Shown one piece after another: positions 1-9,158 of a DNA stretch of 64,000 bases (the first letter of the stretch is position 1; each line of letters opens with the position of its first letter). Source of the DNA: Planctomycetota bacterium (GTDB lineage: Bacteria > Planctomycetota > B15-G4 > SIAN01). A model generated the notes under the pieces. The model saw only the letters and a program-made list of their open reading frames with translations, was not told the origin of the DNA and did no database searches. Position numbers and translations under genes: made by a program. The stretch lies in assembly GCA_031409275.1 (NCBI GenBank), contig JANNXA010000030.1, positions 1 through 64,000 on the forward strand, given 5' to 3'.

Positions 1-217
1 GGCTCGGTCTGCCGACTCCGTACTTCGTCGAGAAAGCGCGCTTCTTCCTCAGCGGGTCAGCAAACCCGCATCGTCGAAGTCGCACTTCCCCTCCTCGTCC
101 AGAGCCGACATCCCGTCGCCTCGCAACGGGGATCATGAATATGACGGGCTAGCTTCCATCAAACGGATCCTCCGATTGTGGTGTCGAGCTCGCCAAGCCA
201 CCACAGGTCGGCGTGGT

Positions 218-252
218 GGTGCGGAAATGGTGGTGGAAAGATCCCCGCCACC
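218..252. repeat. REP-like repeat, single copy related to the pair at 28371-28523
   Basis: GGAAAGATCCCCGCCACC (235-252) is identical to the core of the 28498-28523 arm. The upstream flank GTGCGGAAATGGTGGT resembles GTGCGAAATCGGCGGA. Confidence 0.7.
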
Positions 253-261
253 AAGAGCGCG

Positions 262-702
262 ATGTCAGCGTGGTTGCGATCGGGGGCGGCGGCGGGGCTC
301 GTCTTCGTGGCGGGCTCGCCGGTGGAACGCTCGCTGCTCTTCGAGCCGTTCGTCGCCGCCGCGCAGCGGGCCGGACACGATCTCGCGAGCGCTGGCGGCG
401 GACCGTTGTCGCACGACGCCCTTCACTTCGTGCTCGGCTTCGTGATCGGGACGTTGGTCTGGCTCGCACGGCCGCGACTGGGACGGCGGCTTTCGGGCGC
501 ACTCCTCATGGGCGCCCTGCTCTGGCTGCTGGCCTACCCCGCCCTCGTGCTCCAACACGAGCTCTTCGGGGTGCTCTCGACCGACACCGCCCGACGCGTG
601 CTCGGCTTCGGGATGCTGCAGATGGGGTTCGCCGCGATGGCCGCCACCTTCGCTTCGCGAGACGCGAACGCACCCGTCGCACCCGGGGAAAACTCCCAAT
701 AA
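262..702 (+). CDS. Small integral membrane protein (about 4 TM, 146 aa), function unknown
   Basis: Hydrophobic segments such as ALHFVLGFVIGTLVWLA and GALLMGALLWLLAYPALVL; strong GC3 codon bias; ATG at 262 lies just after the repeat. Confidence 0.7.
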   Translation: MSAWLRSGAAAGLVFVAGSPVERSLLFEPFVAAAQRAGHDLASAGGGPLSHDALHFVLGFVIGTLVWLARPRLGRRLSGALLMGALLWLLAYPALVLQHELFGVLSTDTARRVLGFGMLQMGFAAMAATFASRDANAPVAPGENSQ

Positions 703-871
703 CCCAGCCCAAGTCCACCATCGCCTCCAATTCCGTACTGAAACCACGACGCGCCAGTTGTCATTGTGGCGACGTCTCCCGTGACACCGCGATCGAGTGG
801 TCGCAGCGTGCCCACACGGGTCCATCGTTGCCCGGCAGCCGCCGCGGCCACTTGTTGCGAGAGGGAATCTG

Positions 872-1228
872 ATGAAGCTCACTTCGTGCGATCTGGGTCT
901 GGTGTTGGCGTTGGCGGCGGGCGGCGTGCTCGCGGGCGCATCGACGGGCTGCTCGATGAGCAAGTCGCAGCCGGCTTCCGACAAGCACGCCTGCAAGGGC
1001 CTGAACGCCTGCGCCGGCAAGGGTGCCTGCCACACGGCAGAGAACGCCTGCGCTGGCAAGAACAGCTGCAAGGGCAAGGGCGGCTGCGCGTCAGCCGAAG
1101 CCAAGCATGAGTGCGCGGGCAAGAACGCCTGCAAGGCCATGGGTGGCTGCAAGACCGACAAGAACGCCTGCAAGGGCATGAACGAGTGCGCCGGCAAGGG
1201 CGGTTGCGCGGTCCCCTCCAAGCACTGA
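872..1228 (+). CDS. Bufferin (BufA2)-like Cys-rich RiPP precursor / metal-binding peptide, 118 aa
   Basis: RBS GAGGGA before ATG 872; signal peptide ending ASTGC; four C-x-G-x-N-x-C-x-[GA]-x-G-x-C repeats; directly upstream of the DUF692 gene. Confidence 0.85.
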   Translation: MKLTSCDLGLVLALAAGGVLAGASTGCSMSKSQPASDKHACKGLNACAGKGACHTAENACAGKNSCKGKGGCASAEAKHECAGKNACKAMGGCKTDKNACKGMNECAGKGGCAVPSKH

Positions 1229-1310
1229 GCCCTCGCGAGCGTCGGCGACGCGGCTCGGCTCCGATGCCAGCAGCCGCGGCGCCGGCGCGCTGCGCCAAGG
1301 ATTCCAACAC

Positions 1311-2189
1311 GTGCCCGCAGTCCCCGCCAACACCGCCCCGAACCGCTTCGGCCTGCCCCACCTCGGACTCGGTCTGGGCCTGCGCACGGTCCACTACGAG
1401 GCGATCCTCGCGACTCGCCCCGCCGTCGGTTTCTTCGAGCTGCTGACCGAGAACTACCTCGGCACCGAAGGTCGGCCGCTGCGCATCGTCGAGCAGATCG
1501 CCGAGCTCTACCCGCTGGTGCTGCATGGCGTCTCGATGTCGCTTGGCAGCGCCGATCGCCTCGACTTCGCCTACCTGCGCCAGGTGAAGGCGCTTGCGCA
1601 GCGCGTGAACGCGGCCTGGCTTGGCGATCACGTCTGCTTCACCGGCGTCGCGGGCAAGAACAGCCACGACCTGCTCCCGCTGCCCTACGACGAGGCGAAT
1701 CTCCGCCATCTGGTGCGCAAGGTCAAAGCGGCGCAGGAGTTCCTGGAACGTCCGCTCGTCCTCGAGAACCCCTCGACCTACGTGACCTTCGGCTGCTCGA
1801 CCATGGGCGAAGCGGAGTTCCTCGCGCGGCTCGCGCAGGAAGCGGACTGCGGGCTGCTGTTGGACGTGAACAACATCTACGTTTCCTGCCGCAACCATGG
1901 CTGGGATGCACAGGCCTACCTTGACGCGATCCCTTACGACCGCGTCGTGCAGGTGCATCTGGCGGGTCACACCGACCACGGCACCCACTGCATCGACACC
2001 CACAGCGCGCCGGTGTGCGATCCGGTGTGGCAGCTCTACGCGCAGGCCGAGCGCAAGAGCGGCGGCCGCTCGACGCTGCTCGAGTGGGACGAGGAGATCC
2101 CGTCACTCGACGTGACGCTCGCCGAGCTGAAGAAGGCGCAACGCTTTCAGAAACGCGCGCCGCGTCGCGCCGCCGCGAGCCACGCGTGA
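1311..2189 (+). CDS. Multinuclear non-heme iron-dependent oxidase (MNIO, DUF692/BufB family)
   Basis: Motifs GLGLR, LHGVSMSLG, DHVCF, LENPS, LLDVNNIY, HLAGH, IDTH, LLEWD. Confidence 0.95.
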   Translation: MPAVPANTAPNRFGLPHLGLGLGLRTVHYEAILATRPAVGFFELLTENYLGTEGRPLRIVEQIAELYPLVLHGVSMSLGSADRLDFAYLRQVKALAQRVNAAWLGDHVCFTGVAGKNSHDLLPLPYDEANLRHLVRKVKAAQEFLERPLVLENPSTYVTFGCSTMGEAEFLARLAQEADCGLLLDVNNIYVSCRNHGWDAQAYLDAIPYDRVVQVHLAGHTDHGTHCIDTHSAPVCDPVWQLYAQAERKSGGRSTLLEWDEEIPSLDVTLAELKKAQRFQKRAPRRAAASHA

Positions 2190-3073
2190 GCCCGCGCCGC
2201 GCCGCTGCCGCGACAGGAGCCGCGACCGCGACGGCCACCACGGTCGGTCCGCTGCAGTCGTGGTTCCAGGCTGCGGTCGTCCACGCGAAGGGTGCCTCTG
2301 CCCCGATCGCGCGCCGCCGCCTCGCACGCGAGCTGCTCCCATCGGCGACGCTCACCGCCGCGCAGCGGCTGAACATCTACGCGCACTCTTACTTCCTGCG
2401 CTTGCGCGACGTGCTGCGTCACGACTTCAGCGGCCTGTTGCACGCGCTCGGCGAAGCGGAGTTCGATCGCCTCGCGCGCCGCTACGTCGATGCCCACCCA
2501 TCGAGCAGCTTCACCCTGAACGACTTCGCCGCACGCTTGCCGCGGTTCCTCGAGCACGCACCGCTCCCACCCCGGCTGCGCGCGCGACGCCGCTTCCTGG
2601 TCGAGCTCGCGACGCTCGAACGCGTCCTCGACGAACTCTTCCATGCGCCCCACGCGGAGCCGGCGGCGGTCGAGCAGCTGCGCGCGCTGCCACCGCAAAG
2701 CTGGGCGAAGGCGCGCTTCACGGCGATTCCCGCCGCGCGCCTCTTCGCCTTCCGCTTCCCAGTGAACCGCTACCTGCAAGCGGTCTACGACGGTGGCGGA
2801 CCGCCGCTGCCCATCGCCGTACCCAATTGGCTCTTGGTCCATCGCCACAACTGGAAGGTGTGGCGTTCGCCGCTGAGCGAAACGCAGCATGCGCTGCTCG
2901 CACCGCTCCTGCGTGGCACGACCCTGGGCCACGCGCTGCAACAGGCGGCCCGTTTCGGCGGCGCGAGCGTGTTGCAGGAGGTCGGCGCCTGGTTCACCGA
3001 ATGGACCGGCGACGGCCTCTTCGCCGCCATCGGCGTCAAACCGGCAGCGGCTGCCCGCAAGCGATCGCGCTGA
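2186..3073 (+). CDS. MNIO partner protein (DUF2063/BufC-HvfC family)
   Basis: GTG start overlaps the MNIO stop (GTGA); QRLNIYAHSYFLRL...DF...LG...F..LARRYV..HPS and ELATLE match the DUF2063 pattern. Confidence 0.9.
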   Translation: MSPRRAAAATGAATATATTVGPLQSWFQAAVVHAKGASAPIARRRLARELLPSATLTAAQRLNIYAHSYFLRLRDVLRHDFSGLLHALGEAEFDRLARRYVDAHPSSSFTLNDFAARLPRFLEHAPLPPRLRARRRFLVELATLERVLDELFHAPHAEPAAVEQLRALPPQSWAKARFTAIPAARLFAFRFPVNRYLQAVYDGGGPPLPIAVPNWLLVHRHNWKVWRSPLSETQHALLAPLLRGTTLGHALQQAARFGGASVLQEVGAWFTEWTGDGLFAAIGVKPAAAARKRSR

Positions 3074-4307
3074 CGCGCTGCGCGGCGCACCGAGCGCCAT
3101 CTTCGCCACGCAACGCCGCCGCCATCGCCTGCGCGCCCGGCTTCAGTGACGCGTCGTCGAGCAGCGCCCGCAGCTCGCGCACGAGTCGCGCGCGCGTGAG
3201 CTGGCCGCGGCGCACCATGCGTCCCGCGTGCAGCGCGGCGAGACGCAGGCCGTTGTGGAACTGATCGTGGGCGTGAGCGACCACCAGCGCCGGCACTCCG
3301 GCGCGCAGCCCCTGCGCCGTCGAGCCGATCCCGCCGTGGTGAACGAACGCGAGCGCGCCGGGCAGCACGCGCGAGAAGGGGACGTAGCTGGCTACGAAGA
3401 CTTCAGCCGGCACCCGCGCCGGCACACCGCGACGATCACGCGTCAGCAGCAGCGCCCGCACGCCGAGCTCGGCGCTCGCTTCGATCGCCAGCGCGTAGAA
3501 ATCGCCCGGCTGCCACGCTGCCGCCGAGCCGAGCGAGAAGCAGATCGGCGGCGGGCCGCTGGCGAGGAAGTGGTCGAGCCCGTCGGGCGGCGTTTCGCTT
3601 TCGCTGCGATCCCACCACGGAAAACCGCAAAGGCGCGCGTTGGGCGGATCGTCCGGCTGCGGAGCGCGAAACGCGGGCGACCACAGCCCGAGCGTCTCGA
3701 CGCCGCCGAAGGACTCGCGCCGGAGCAGATTCGACTCCGGCAAGAACCCCATCACCGCGCGCACCGGCGCGAGCCCGCGCTGCACGAAGCCGCCGATCAC
3801 CCGCAACGCCAACGGCTGCAGCAGCCGCGCCAGCGCGCGCGCCACTTTGCCGCTCGTCTGCTGCATCGCCGGCACCGGGTCGGCGCTCGAGAAGAACGTC
3901 ATCGGCGCGAGGTGGGCGATGACCAACGGAACACCCTGCGCCTCGCACGCCCAACGCAGTCCCATGCAGATCGGATGGCCCACCACCGCCGCCGGCTTGC
4001 GCTCGCTCCAGGCGGACCGCCGAACGACGTCGGCGACCGGAATCCCCGCCAGCACCTTGCGGAAGATGAAGCCGCCGCCGCGCAGCGGATGGAAGAGTCG
4101 CCGATCGGTGACGACCTCCTCGTAGTCGTCGACGCCGACTGGAACGAACGGGACGGCGGCGGCGGCCGCGGCCGGTGCGAAGTGAGGATGCGTGAAGAGG
4201 CGCACCGGATGGCCGAGCTGCTGCAGTCGCGCCGCGATGGCGATGAACGGGTGGACGTCGCCATGCGAGCCGCCCGTGATGAGATCGATCAGCGGGAGCT
4301 CGCTCAT
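3036..4307 (-). CDS. GT1-family glycosyltransferase (RhlB/sterol glucosyltransferase-like)
   Basis: GSHGDVHP at the N-terminus; FVHHGGIGSTAQGLRAGVP and HDQFHN UDP-sugar signature. Confidence 0.9.
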   Translation of the reverse strand: MSELPLIDLITGGSHGDVHPFIAIAARLQQLGHPVRLFTHPHFAPAAAAAAVPFVPVGVDDYEEVVTDRRLFHPLRGGGFIFRKVLAGIPVADVVRRSAWSERKPAAVVGHPICMGLRWACEAQGVPLVIAHLAPMTFFSSADPVPAMQQTSGKVARALARLLQPLALRVIGGFVQRGLAPVRAVMGFLPESNLLRRESFGGVETLGLWSPAFRAPQPDDPPNARLCGFPWWDRSESETPPDGLDHFLASGPPPICFSLGSAAAWQPGDFYALAIEASAELGVRALLLTRDRRGVPARVPAEVFVASYVPFSRVLPGALAFVHHGGIGSTAQGLRAGVPALVVAHAHDQFHNGLRLAALHAGRMVRRGQLTRARLVRELRALLDDASLKPGAQAMAAALRGEDGARCAAQRVSAIACGQPLPV

Positions 4308-4314
4308 CGCTGCG

Positions 4315-5400
4315 TCATGCGGGCGCGCTGCTACCCGCTCCGTGGCCGTGACCGAGCCCCGCTTCGCTGGCGACGACGAACGGGCAGTAGCGGAAGGTGT
4401 CGCAATCGACTCGCCGCGCGCGCGCCACCGCTTCGGCAAGGAGACGCACCGGCATCAGCTCGACCAGGAACGGCCAGCCCGCCGGCAGTGACGGCACCTC
4501 GAGCGCGAGGTCGGCCACGCCGGATGGCAGGTCAGGCCCGACCAGCGCGACCTTCGCGCCCGCGCTGCGCAGGTCGGCCGCCAACGCGAGATCGAACTCG
4601 CGCAGCCGCTCGCCGGCCGCCAGCCAGAGCACGACCCGCGTGCCGGGCGCCACCACTTCGTTCGGGCCATGGCGAAACGCACCGGTCGACATCGCAGTGG
4701 CCGGGTGCTTGGCGGCCTCTTCCCACAGCTGACGTGCCTCGAAGGCGGCCGCAAGCCCGGCGCCACGCGCCAGCAGCAACGTGGTCGCTTCGGCGGTCAC
4801 GAAGCTCGAAGCCGCGATCGCCGACTGCCACGCCGGAAGTCGCCGCTCGGCGTCTTGCAGCGCGCGCATCAGCTCGGCCTGCCATTCCAGGCGCCAGCGG
4901 CCAAGCGAATGCGCCACCATGAGCGCGCCCGCCAGCGCAATGCCGCTGTACATGAGCACCGACACGTTGAAGTCGAACGGCGCGCCGATCGTCAACGTCG
5001 TGCCGCAGTGGCGCGCGACCGGCGACTCCGCATCGTTCGTGATGGCGATCGTCACGCACTGGGCCGCGCGCGCCTTCTGCACCAGCTCGACCACCTCGAC
5101 GCTACGACCGCTGCGCGAAAGGAAGAGCAGCGTGCCGCGTGGCGGAAGCGGCGCGAAGTGGAGCAGTTCGCCGGCGTCGGCGTTGCGCGCCGGGCGTCCC
5201 GCCGCATCGCACAGCGCCTGCAAGGCATGCCCGCCGTGGTAGCTCGAACCCATCCCCGCGAACCACGGGCAGGCGGCGGCGCGCAGGAGCTCGGCGCCGC
5301 TCGCGATCGCGTCGGCCTGGGGCGGCCGCATCAGGTTCGCGAGGAGTTCCTGAAGGCGGCGCGGCTCGGCGAGGACGTCCTGCAGGTAGCGCGAACTCAT
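4315..5400 (-). CDS. SIS-domain sugar-phosphate isomerase/deaminase (GlmS/AgaS-like)
   Basis: GMGSSYH, LSRSGRSVE, ITNDAES, FRHGPNE; two SIS domains. Confidence 0.88.
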   Translation of the reverse strand: MSSRYLQDVLAEPRRLQELLANLMRPPQADAIASGAELLRAAACPWFAGMGSSYHGGHALQALCDAAGRPARNADAGELLHFAPLPPRGTLLFLSRSGRSVEVVELVQKARAAQCVTIAITNDAESPVARHCGTTLTIGAPFDFNVSVLMYSGIALAGALMVAHSLGRWRLEWQAELMRALQDAERRLPAWQSAIAASSFVTAEATTLLLARGAGLAAAFEARQLWEEAAKHPATAMSTGAFRHGPNEVVAPGTRVVLWLAAGERLREFDLALAADLRSAGAKVALVGPDLPSGVADLALEVPSLPAGWPFLVELMPVRLLAEAVARARRVDCDTFRYCPFVVASEAGLGHGHGAGSSAPA

Positions 5401-6602
5401 CACGTCCCTTCGTCGGCGAGTGCTTCGCCGCGCACCCGCGTCACCTCGCGCGCGAGCGCCGCGCGAAACTCGCCGAGATCGAAGCCGAATGGCCCGGGCT
5501 CCGAACGGTAGGCGACGTTGCCGTCGGCGTCGATCAGCACCAGACGATCGGGCCACGCCTCGTAGGCACGATCGGCATCGTCCTCGAGCGTGTCGATGAC
5601 CGCCGGGATCGCATCGAGCCCGAGCGCCTGCTTGCAGTGGCGAGCGTTGGCGCACCGCTCATCGAGGGTTTGCGGCTCTTCCATGATCGTTCCGTCCGGA
5701 GTCGCCATCGGCCAGCTCGAGTCGACCGCATGCGCCTCGCGCAGATAGACCAGCCAGAAATCGACCGCTCGACTCGCGACCCGTTCAAGGTCACTCAGCC
5801 GACCGGCTGAGCGGCTGAACGGGCCTCAGGTGAAGCTGCCGAAGATCAGCGCCATCGGTTTGCCGCGGCGCAGCTCGCTCAACCGCACCGGCGCGAGATC
5901 CTCGAGGCGCAACGCGGGGAAGTCGGGCGCCGGCTCGCGCTGGCCGTGCTCGATCCAGCCGACCTGCAACGGCGCGAGGCCCGGCATCCGCTCGCGCAGT
6001 TCGAGCATGCCGTCGCCCTGCGCATCGCGGCGCTCGAGCCACTGCGCGATCTCGGTTCGCGAGAGCAGTCGATCGCGGTCGGCGTCCATGCCGGCCAGCA
6101 GCGTGCCGAACCCGTCGACTCCGGGCGGCGCACCGCGTGCCAGCACCTCGTTGAACTCGGCGACGTCGACGCGACCGTCGCCATCACGATCGAGGCCGGC
6201 GAGCGCGGCGATCAGCGGTTCGATCGGCACGGAGGCCGCCTTCGCCCCACCCGCGAATCGAACCAGCAGGAGCGGAATGCCGAAGTCGGGCGGCAGCGCG
6301 CCATCGAGCGCGAAGTCTGCTTCGGATACGGCGCCGTCGCGATCGCGGTCGAGCTGCCCGAAGGGAGCGTCGCCGCGCGGATACTCGCCGCGCTCGATGC
6401 GGCCATCCTGGTCGGCGTCGTAGCGCTTCGCGAGTTCCTGCCACGCCTCGTGTCGATGAAGTCGATGCTCGGCAAGCGGGTCGCGCGTCGGCTCGGTCGG
6501 CGCGGGCGCGGAAGGCGTGCTGCAACCCCATAGAGCGACGGTCACGAGCGCCATCCACGAGATCCTCGTGCGAGGCGCGATCGAGCGTCGTTCACCATCC
6601 AT
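5400..6602 (-). CDS. EF-hand + iodothyronine deiodinase-like lipoprotein, probable selenoprotein (Sec = TGA 5826-5828, residue 259 of 400)
   Basis: ORFs 5826-6644 and 5400-5708 share one frame joined by a single TGA: IFGSFT-U-GPF...VYLREAH...AYEAWPDRL. Five DxDxDG-like loops; lipobox-like LWGC; SECIS-like hairpin follows. Confidence 0.9.
5778..5825 (-). promoter_or_regulatory. Bacterial SECIS-like hairpin
   Basis: RNA immediately 3' of UGA: GGCCCGUUCA-GCCG-CUCAGCC-[GGUC]-GGCUGAG-UGACCU-UGAACGGGUC. Lower 10-bp stem, upper 7-9-bp stem, GGUC loop starting at +22. Confidence 0.85.
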
Positions 6603-6677
6603 CGCCAGCTCTCCAGCGCGCGCCGGCGAAGCAAGGTGCGGCACGCGAGGAGGAATCGTAGCCCGGCCGCCGCGGCG

Positions 6678-8975
6678 TCAGTTCCGCGGCCGGAGGCGCA
6701 GCAATTCGCCTCCGACGACGGTCGGCGCTTCCACGAGCGGCGGGACCGGCCCGATGTCGGGCGTGCGATAGAAGGAGCCGTCGGGCAGCGTCAACGCGTC
6801 GGCTTGCGCCGGATCGAGACCGGGTGGAATCGACCCCGCCGGCAGCAGGAGCAGTTCGCGCTCGATCGTCTTCACCACGTAGCCGCTTCCGAGCGGCCCG
6901 AGAGCGACGCCGTCCGCGAGGCTGAAGATCGGCGCGTCGTGGTCGGGCTGGCCGTCGATGTCGGTGTCGACCGGCTGGTACGGGATGCCGAAGAGCTGGC
7001 CATCGCCGCGGTACTCGAGCAGGAACTGGACGCCGTCGTAGGTGCTGTCGCCGTTGGCGTCATTCGCCGTCGAGTGCGTGTAGGGAAACTGCAACGGCGC
7101 ATCGAGGACGAGGGTGGCACCCGTCGAGTCGGTGAGGCCGAACCACCAGTTCCATTCGTTGGCGCCGGTCTCCCACACGTAGTAGGTGGCTGCGTCGAAG
7201 ATCTCCTCGTTGGTCTGCAACGAGGTGGTGTCGACCACCAGAGGTCCGCTGCGCATGCCTTTGACGAACGGGCCGCTGGCGGGAATTTCGCCATTGGCGA
7301 GGCCGACCGGCGAGAGCTGCTGGAAGGTGTCGAGCGTGCGCAGCGTCCGATCGGCGCGATCGAAGACGTAGGTGTACGGTGACCCCGGATTGTTCGCCGG
7401 CGGAAAGAAGACGTCGCCCGCTTCCGCTTCGAGCGCCGTGATCCCGGGCCGGAGCGCGTCGAGCAGCGCATAGAGGTTCAGCGTGCTCTGCGCTTTGAAC
7501 AGCGAGTCGTCACCGCTCACGACTCGTTCGGTGTACCACGACAGGTCGGGCGAGCCGAGTCGCACCGCGCAGTTGCCGCCGAAGCGCTTCGAGCGCAGCC
7601 GCAGCACGAACCAGGCGTCGAGCGGCACCGCAAACGGCGAGATCGGCGTGAAGGCGCCGGCGACCGGATCGAAGATCTCGACGGCGATGAAGTCGACACC
7701 GTCGCAGACCAGGCGATACGTGACGGGCCCATTGCTCTGCGGGGTCCACGGTTCGTCCCATTCGAAGATCGTGCCGGCGAGCGTCGAGATCGGCGTCGTG
7801 TTGCGAGTCAGCTCGATCAGCCGGCCGGGCGCGACGCGCAGTTCGAGCGGCTTGGGGTCGAGCCCGCCGCCCGGCAGCTCTTCCTGCGCGAACTCGCCGT
7901 CCACGACGATCTCACCGTTCGGGCGGTGCAGTCCGTAGTAGTCGAGGAATGCCTGCGAGCCGCTTTCGAGGCGGATCGGCACGCCGGTCCGCAGTCGAAC
8001 GCGCTCGCCGAGGGTCCCGAGACGCGCGTCATCGACGTAGAGGTTGTAGCGCAGGCTGCAACTGCCGAAGGCGTCGCGCTGCAGCGCAACGACGGGTCCC
8101 TGGTCCTCCTGCCGCACCAGCGTCGTCGCATCGAACGCCAGCCGGACCAGCTTGGGGACGACGCCGCTGTCGCCGTTGAAAGGGTCGTTGCGGCGTTCGA
8201 GACGCGAGATGGCCGCGAAGCCGCTCGACTGGTCGACGGCAAGGTCGACGCGCACCTGCGTCAGCTCGTGGTGGTCGCCCACCAACGGCAGCTGGCCGAG
8301 ATCCCCGCGCAGGAAGAAGAGGTCGTAGCCGAATCGTCCAACGACCGGCGGCCGCGTCGCGATGAGCCCGCAGTACTGCGCGTCCTTCGGGTTGCCGTTC
8401 TGCGCCGTGCCGGCGAAGTTCATGTGGAAGGCGCCGAACGGATTCGAGGCCGTCGGAGCCGCGAAGACGTCGAGGCGCGAGAAGAGCGTCGTGGGCGGCA
8501 GCAGACCGCCGCCTTCTTCCTGCGTCGGAACCCAGAACTCGACGCGTTGCGGATCCTGGATCGTCGGACGCAAGCTCCGCACGATCCACTCTTCGAGCTG
8601 GCGCCCGCCGCCCGCCTGGTTCAACGGACCACCGCCGGTCGCGCACAAGCCCGGGTCGATCTGCGCGAGGTAGAGGCCGTCGTTGGTGAGCGCCTCGTAG
8701 CGCGACTGCGCCAGCAGGCAGAGGACCTCGTTCACTTTCTCGATCTGCTTCAGCGCCCCGTCGTAGACGAACTGGTGGACGCCGTCGGTGAAGTACTCGG
8801 CATCCGCCGGGAACTGCGACACGCCAAGCGTATGGAGCGACGCCGCCACGAGGTCGGGATCGGCGGTCACGACCGAGACACTCGGTGGAGCGATGAGACC
8901 TTCGATGCTCCCGTTCGGATCGGTCGGTGCGCAGCCTGCCAGCGCGAGCAGCAGCCCGAGCACGAACGGGGTCAT
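6678..8975 (-). CDS. Large uncharacterised lipoprotein (765 aa)
   Basis: MTPFVLGLLLALAGC lipobox; beta-rich acidic sequence. The ORF-track extension to 10079 is the antisense shadow of the porin gene. Confidence 0.8.
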   Translation of the reverse strand: MTPFVLGLLLALAGCAPTDPNGSIEGLIAPPSVSVVTADPDLVAASLHTLGVSQFPADAEYFTDGVHQFVYDGALKQIEKVNEVLCLLAQSRYEALTNDGLYLAQIDPGLCATGGGPLNQAGGGRQLEEWIVRSLRPTIQDPQRVEFWVPTQEEGGGLLPPTTLFSRLDVFAAPTASNPFGAFHMNFAGTAQNGNPKDAQYCGLIATRPPVVGRFGYDLFFLRGDLGQLPLVGDHHELTQVRVDLAVDQSSGFAAISRLERRNDPFNGDSGVVPKLVRLAFDATTLVRQEDQGPVVALQRDAFGSCSLRYNLYVDDARLGTLGERVRLRTGVPIRLESGSQAFLDYYGLHRPNGEIVVDGEFAQEELPGGGLDPKPLELRVAPGRLIELTRNTTPISTLAGTIFEWDEPWTPQSNGPVTYRLVCDGVDFIAVEIFDPVAGAFTPISPFAVPLDAWFVLRLRSKRFGGNCAVRLGSPDLSWYTERVVSGDDSLFKAQSTLNLYALLDALRPGITALEAEAGDVFFPPANNPGSPYTYVFDRADRTLRTLDTFQQLSPVGLANGEIPASGPFVKGMRSGPLVVDTTSLQTNEEIFDAATYYVWETGANEWNWWFGLTDSTGATLVLDAPLQFPYTHSTANDANGDSTYDGVQFLLEYRGDGQLFGIPYQPVDTDIDGQPDHDAPIFSLADGVALGPLGSGYVVKTIERELLLLPAGSIPPGLDPAQADALTLPDGSFYRTPDIGPVPPLVEAPTVVGGELLRLRPRN

Positions 8976-9158
8976 TAGACGAACGGCGAATCGCGCCCAC
9001 GCGGCGACGGCGGCGCTGGCCTGCGGAGCTTCGGTCACGGCGTCTCTCCTCGGGCTTCCTGAAGCCCCGATCGACACCTGAAGCGCTCCTGGTTGAGTCT
9101 GAAGCGCAAGTTCTTCGCGATCCGCGTCGATATCGCGGAGGAGACCCAGGAGATGTGC

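Noticed and set aside
872..1228. Repeats in the precursor as a CRISPR or DNA repeat array; one GACH that looks like a heme motif
   Set aside because: The repeats are in-frame protein repeats with no unique spacers, and the Cys spacing is Cx5C, not CxxCH.
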